DNA of 61,218 nucleotides. Origin: Guillardia theta CCMP2712. Lineage: Eukaryota; Protista; Cryptophyta. Made by a program: the position numbers and the translations under genes. Location of the stretch: contig NW_005434535.1 of the NCBI RefSeq assembly GCF_000315625.1, positions 29,237-90,454 on the forward strand, given 5' to 3'. Positions 60,168-61,218 of the stretch are shown here, one piece after another. Each line of letters begins with the position of its first letter. Position 1 is the first letter of the stretch. The notes beneath the pieces are model-generated. The model worked only from the letters and a program-made list of their open reading frames with translations. It did no database searches and had not been told where the DNA came from.

Positions 60168-61218
60168 CTAGTCGGTGAGCGCAAACTCGACAATGAGGTT
60201 TCCCCGTGCTGGGCCTCCCTTGATAGGCATCCCTAGAGGACAGGAAAGGTGAGGGAGGGAAAGCAAAGGAAGAGAGAGAGGGAGGGGGGAGGGGGGAGGG
60301 GGGGAAGGGTAGGAAAGGGGGGNNNNNNNNNNNNNNNNNNNNNNNNNNNNNNNNNNNNNNNNNNNNNNNNNNNNNNNNNNNNNNNNNNNNNNNNNNNNNN
60401 NNNNNNNNNNNNNNNNNNNNNNGTGAACCATATGGAAGCATGATCTTCACATGCCTACTTCACATTTAGATTACGGGAGGATATGATACGACTGAGGATG
60501 TCATAGCGTATGAGGATACTAACCGTTGCCTCGTGAGAAAGAAGCGGCCAAAATCAGTGGAGAGAATCATGATATCTACAACAGCAAGGAGGAGACGTGT
60601 TTACACACAGTCGATCGGGAGATGGATATCGAAATAGAAAGCCATACGTCTGGGGCACCTTCGTTGGATCTACGATCCTGAAACAAAATTCAAGTCCGTG
60701 ATAACCAAAGCCGATGCAGGGCCCACCTAGACTAATCCCCGGCAATCAACAAGTGAACCCCCGGACTTTGTCGCTTCTCCCTCATCTCCCTCCTCCCCTT
60801 CCTCTCTTCCCTCCTTCCTCCCCTCCCCCTCCCATCCCTTCCTCGCTCTCCTCGCCCACTTCGGCCTGCCCTTCCACCTCCCACCCCTCTCCCCAACCTT
60901 CGCCTCCTCCTGCTCTTGCTCCTGCTCCTCCTCCCATCCTCCCCCCTCCTACCTTTAGTCGACCACTTCACCTCTGTCCCATCGAGCATGGGGATGGTGA
61001 GCTGAGAAACTCGTCAGGGGGTCTAGGGCGTCATGGTCAGCTGGGGTCCACCTGGACTCCCCTCTTGGCCTGCTGGCGGGTGAGCTTGCACTTCCACCTG
61101 CCATGAGCTGAGAAACGAGGAGCGACAGCAGCTGAGCTGGGGGACACCTGAGGTCATCTCCGTCCCTCACGAACCACTTGTGAGGATGCTCGCAGAGAAC
61201 AAACTTGATCTGCCGCAG
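60168..61218 (-). CDS. 3' part of an Hsp40/DnaJ (class A/B C-terminal domain) gene; starts beyond the window
   Basis: IKFVLCEHPHKWFVRDGDDL, VPMLDG and GMPIKGGPARGNLIVEFALTD* are DnaJ_C motifs in order. Confidence 0.75.

Overview
Eukaryotic, intron-rich nuclear DNA from an alga with a complex red-derived plastid. A cryptophyte such as Guillardia is inferred from the chlorophyll a/c LHC with an ASAFAP-type bipartite presequence, the many ~45-130 nt GT-AG introns and the (GGAGA)n intronic microsatellites. Ordinary genes: BCD1/ZNHIT6-like zf-HIT protein, a large PHD/bromodomain/Tudor chromatin reader, a Sir2 sirtuin, a patatin/cPLA2-like membrane protein, a JmjC oxygenase, a TMEM230/134-like protein, a MORN-repeat protein, an IQ-motif protein, an LHC and the 3' end of a DnaJ. 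Accessory content: (i) three paralogous double-Zn(II)2Cys6 + PAS-like transcription factor genes plus an inverted pseudogene fragment interrupted by a solo LTR; (ii) a head-to-tail tandem (3666-bp period) of a dead Crypton-type tyrosine-recombinase element carrying an intact, repeat-expanding antisense cargo gene; (iii) a ~1.96-kb TIR element inserted in the second copy; (iv) a head-to-head pair of CENP-B/pogo HTH genes with apparently identical coding cores; (v) recurrent GC-rich CCGG/GAGTC/CAGTG blocks that, from comparing duplicated copies, seem to grow by small palindromic or duplicative insertions. All calls were made by eye from motifs. No database searches or alignments were run, and exon boundaries are approximate unless stated.
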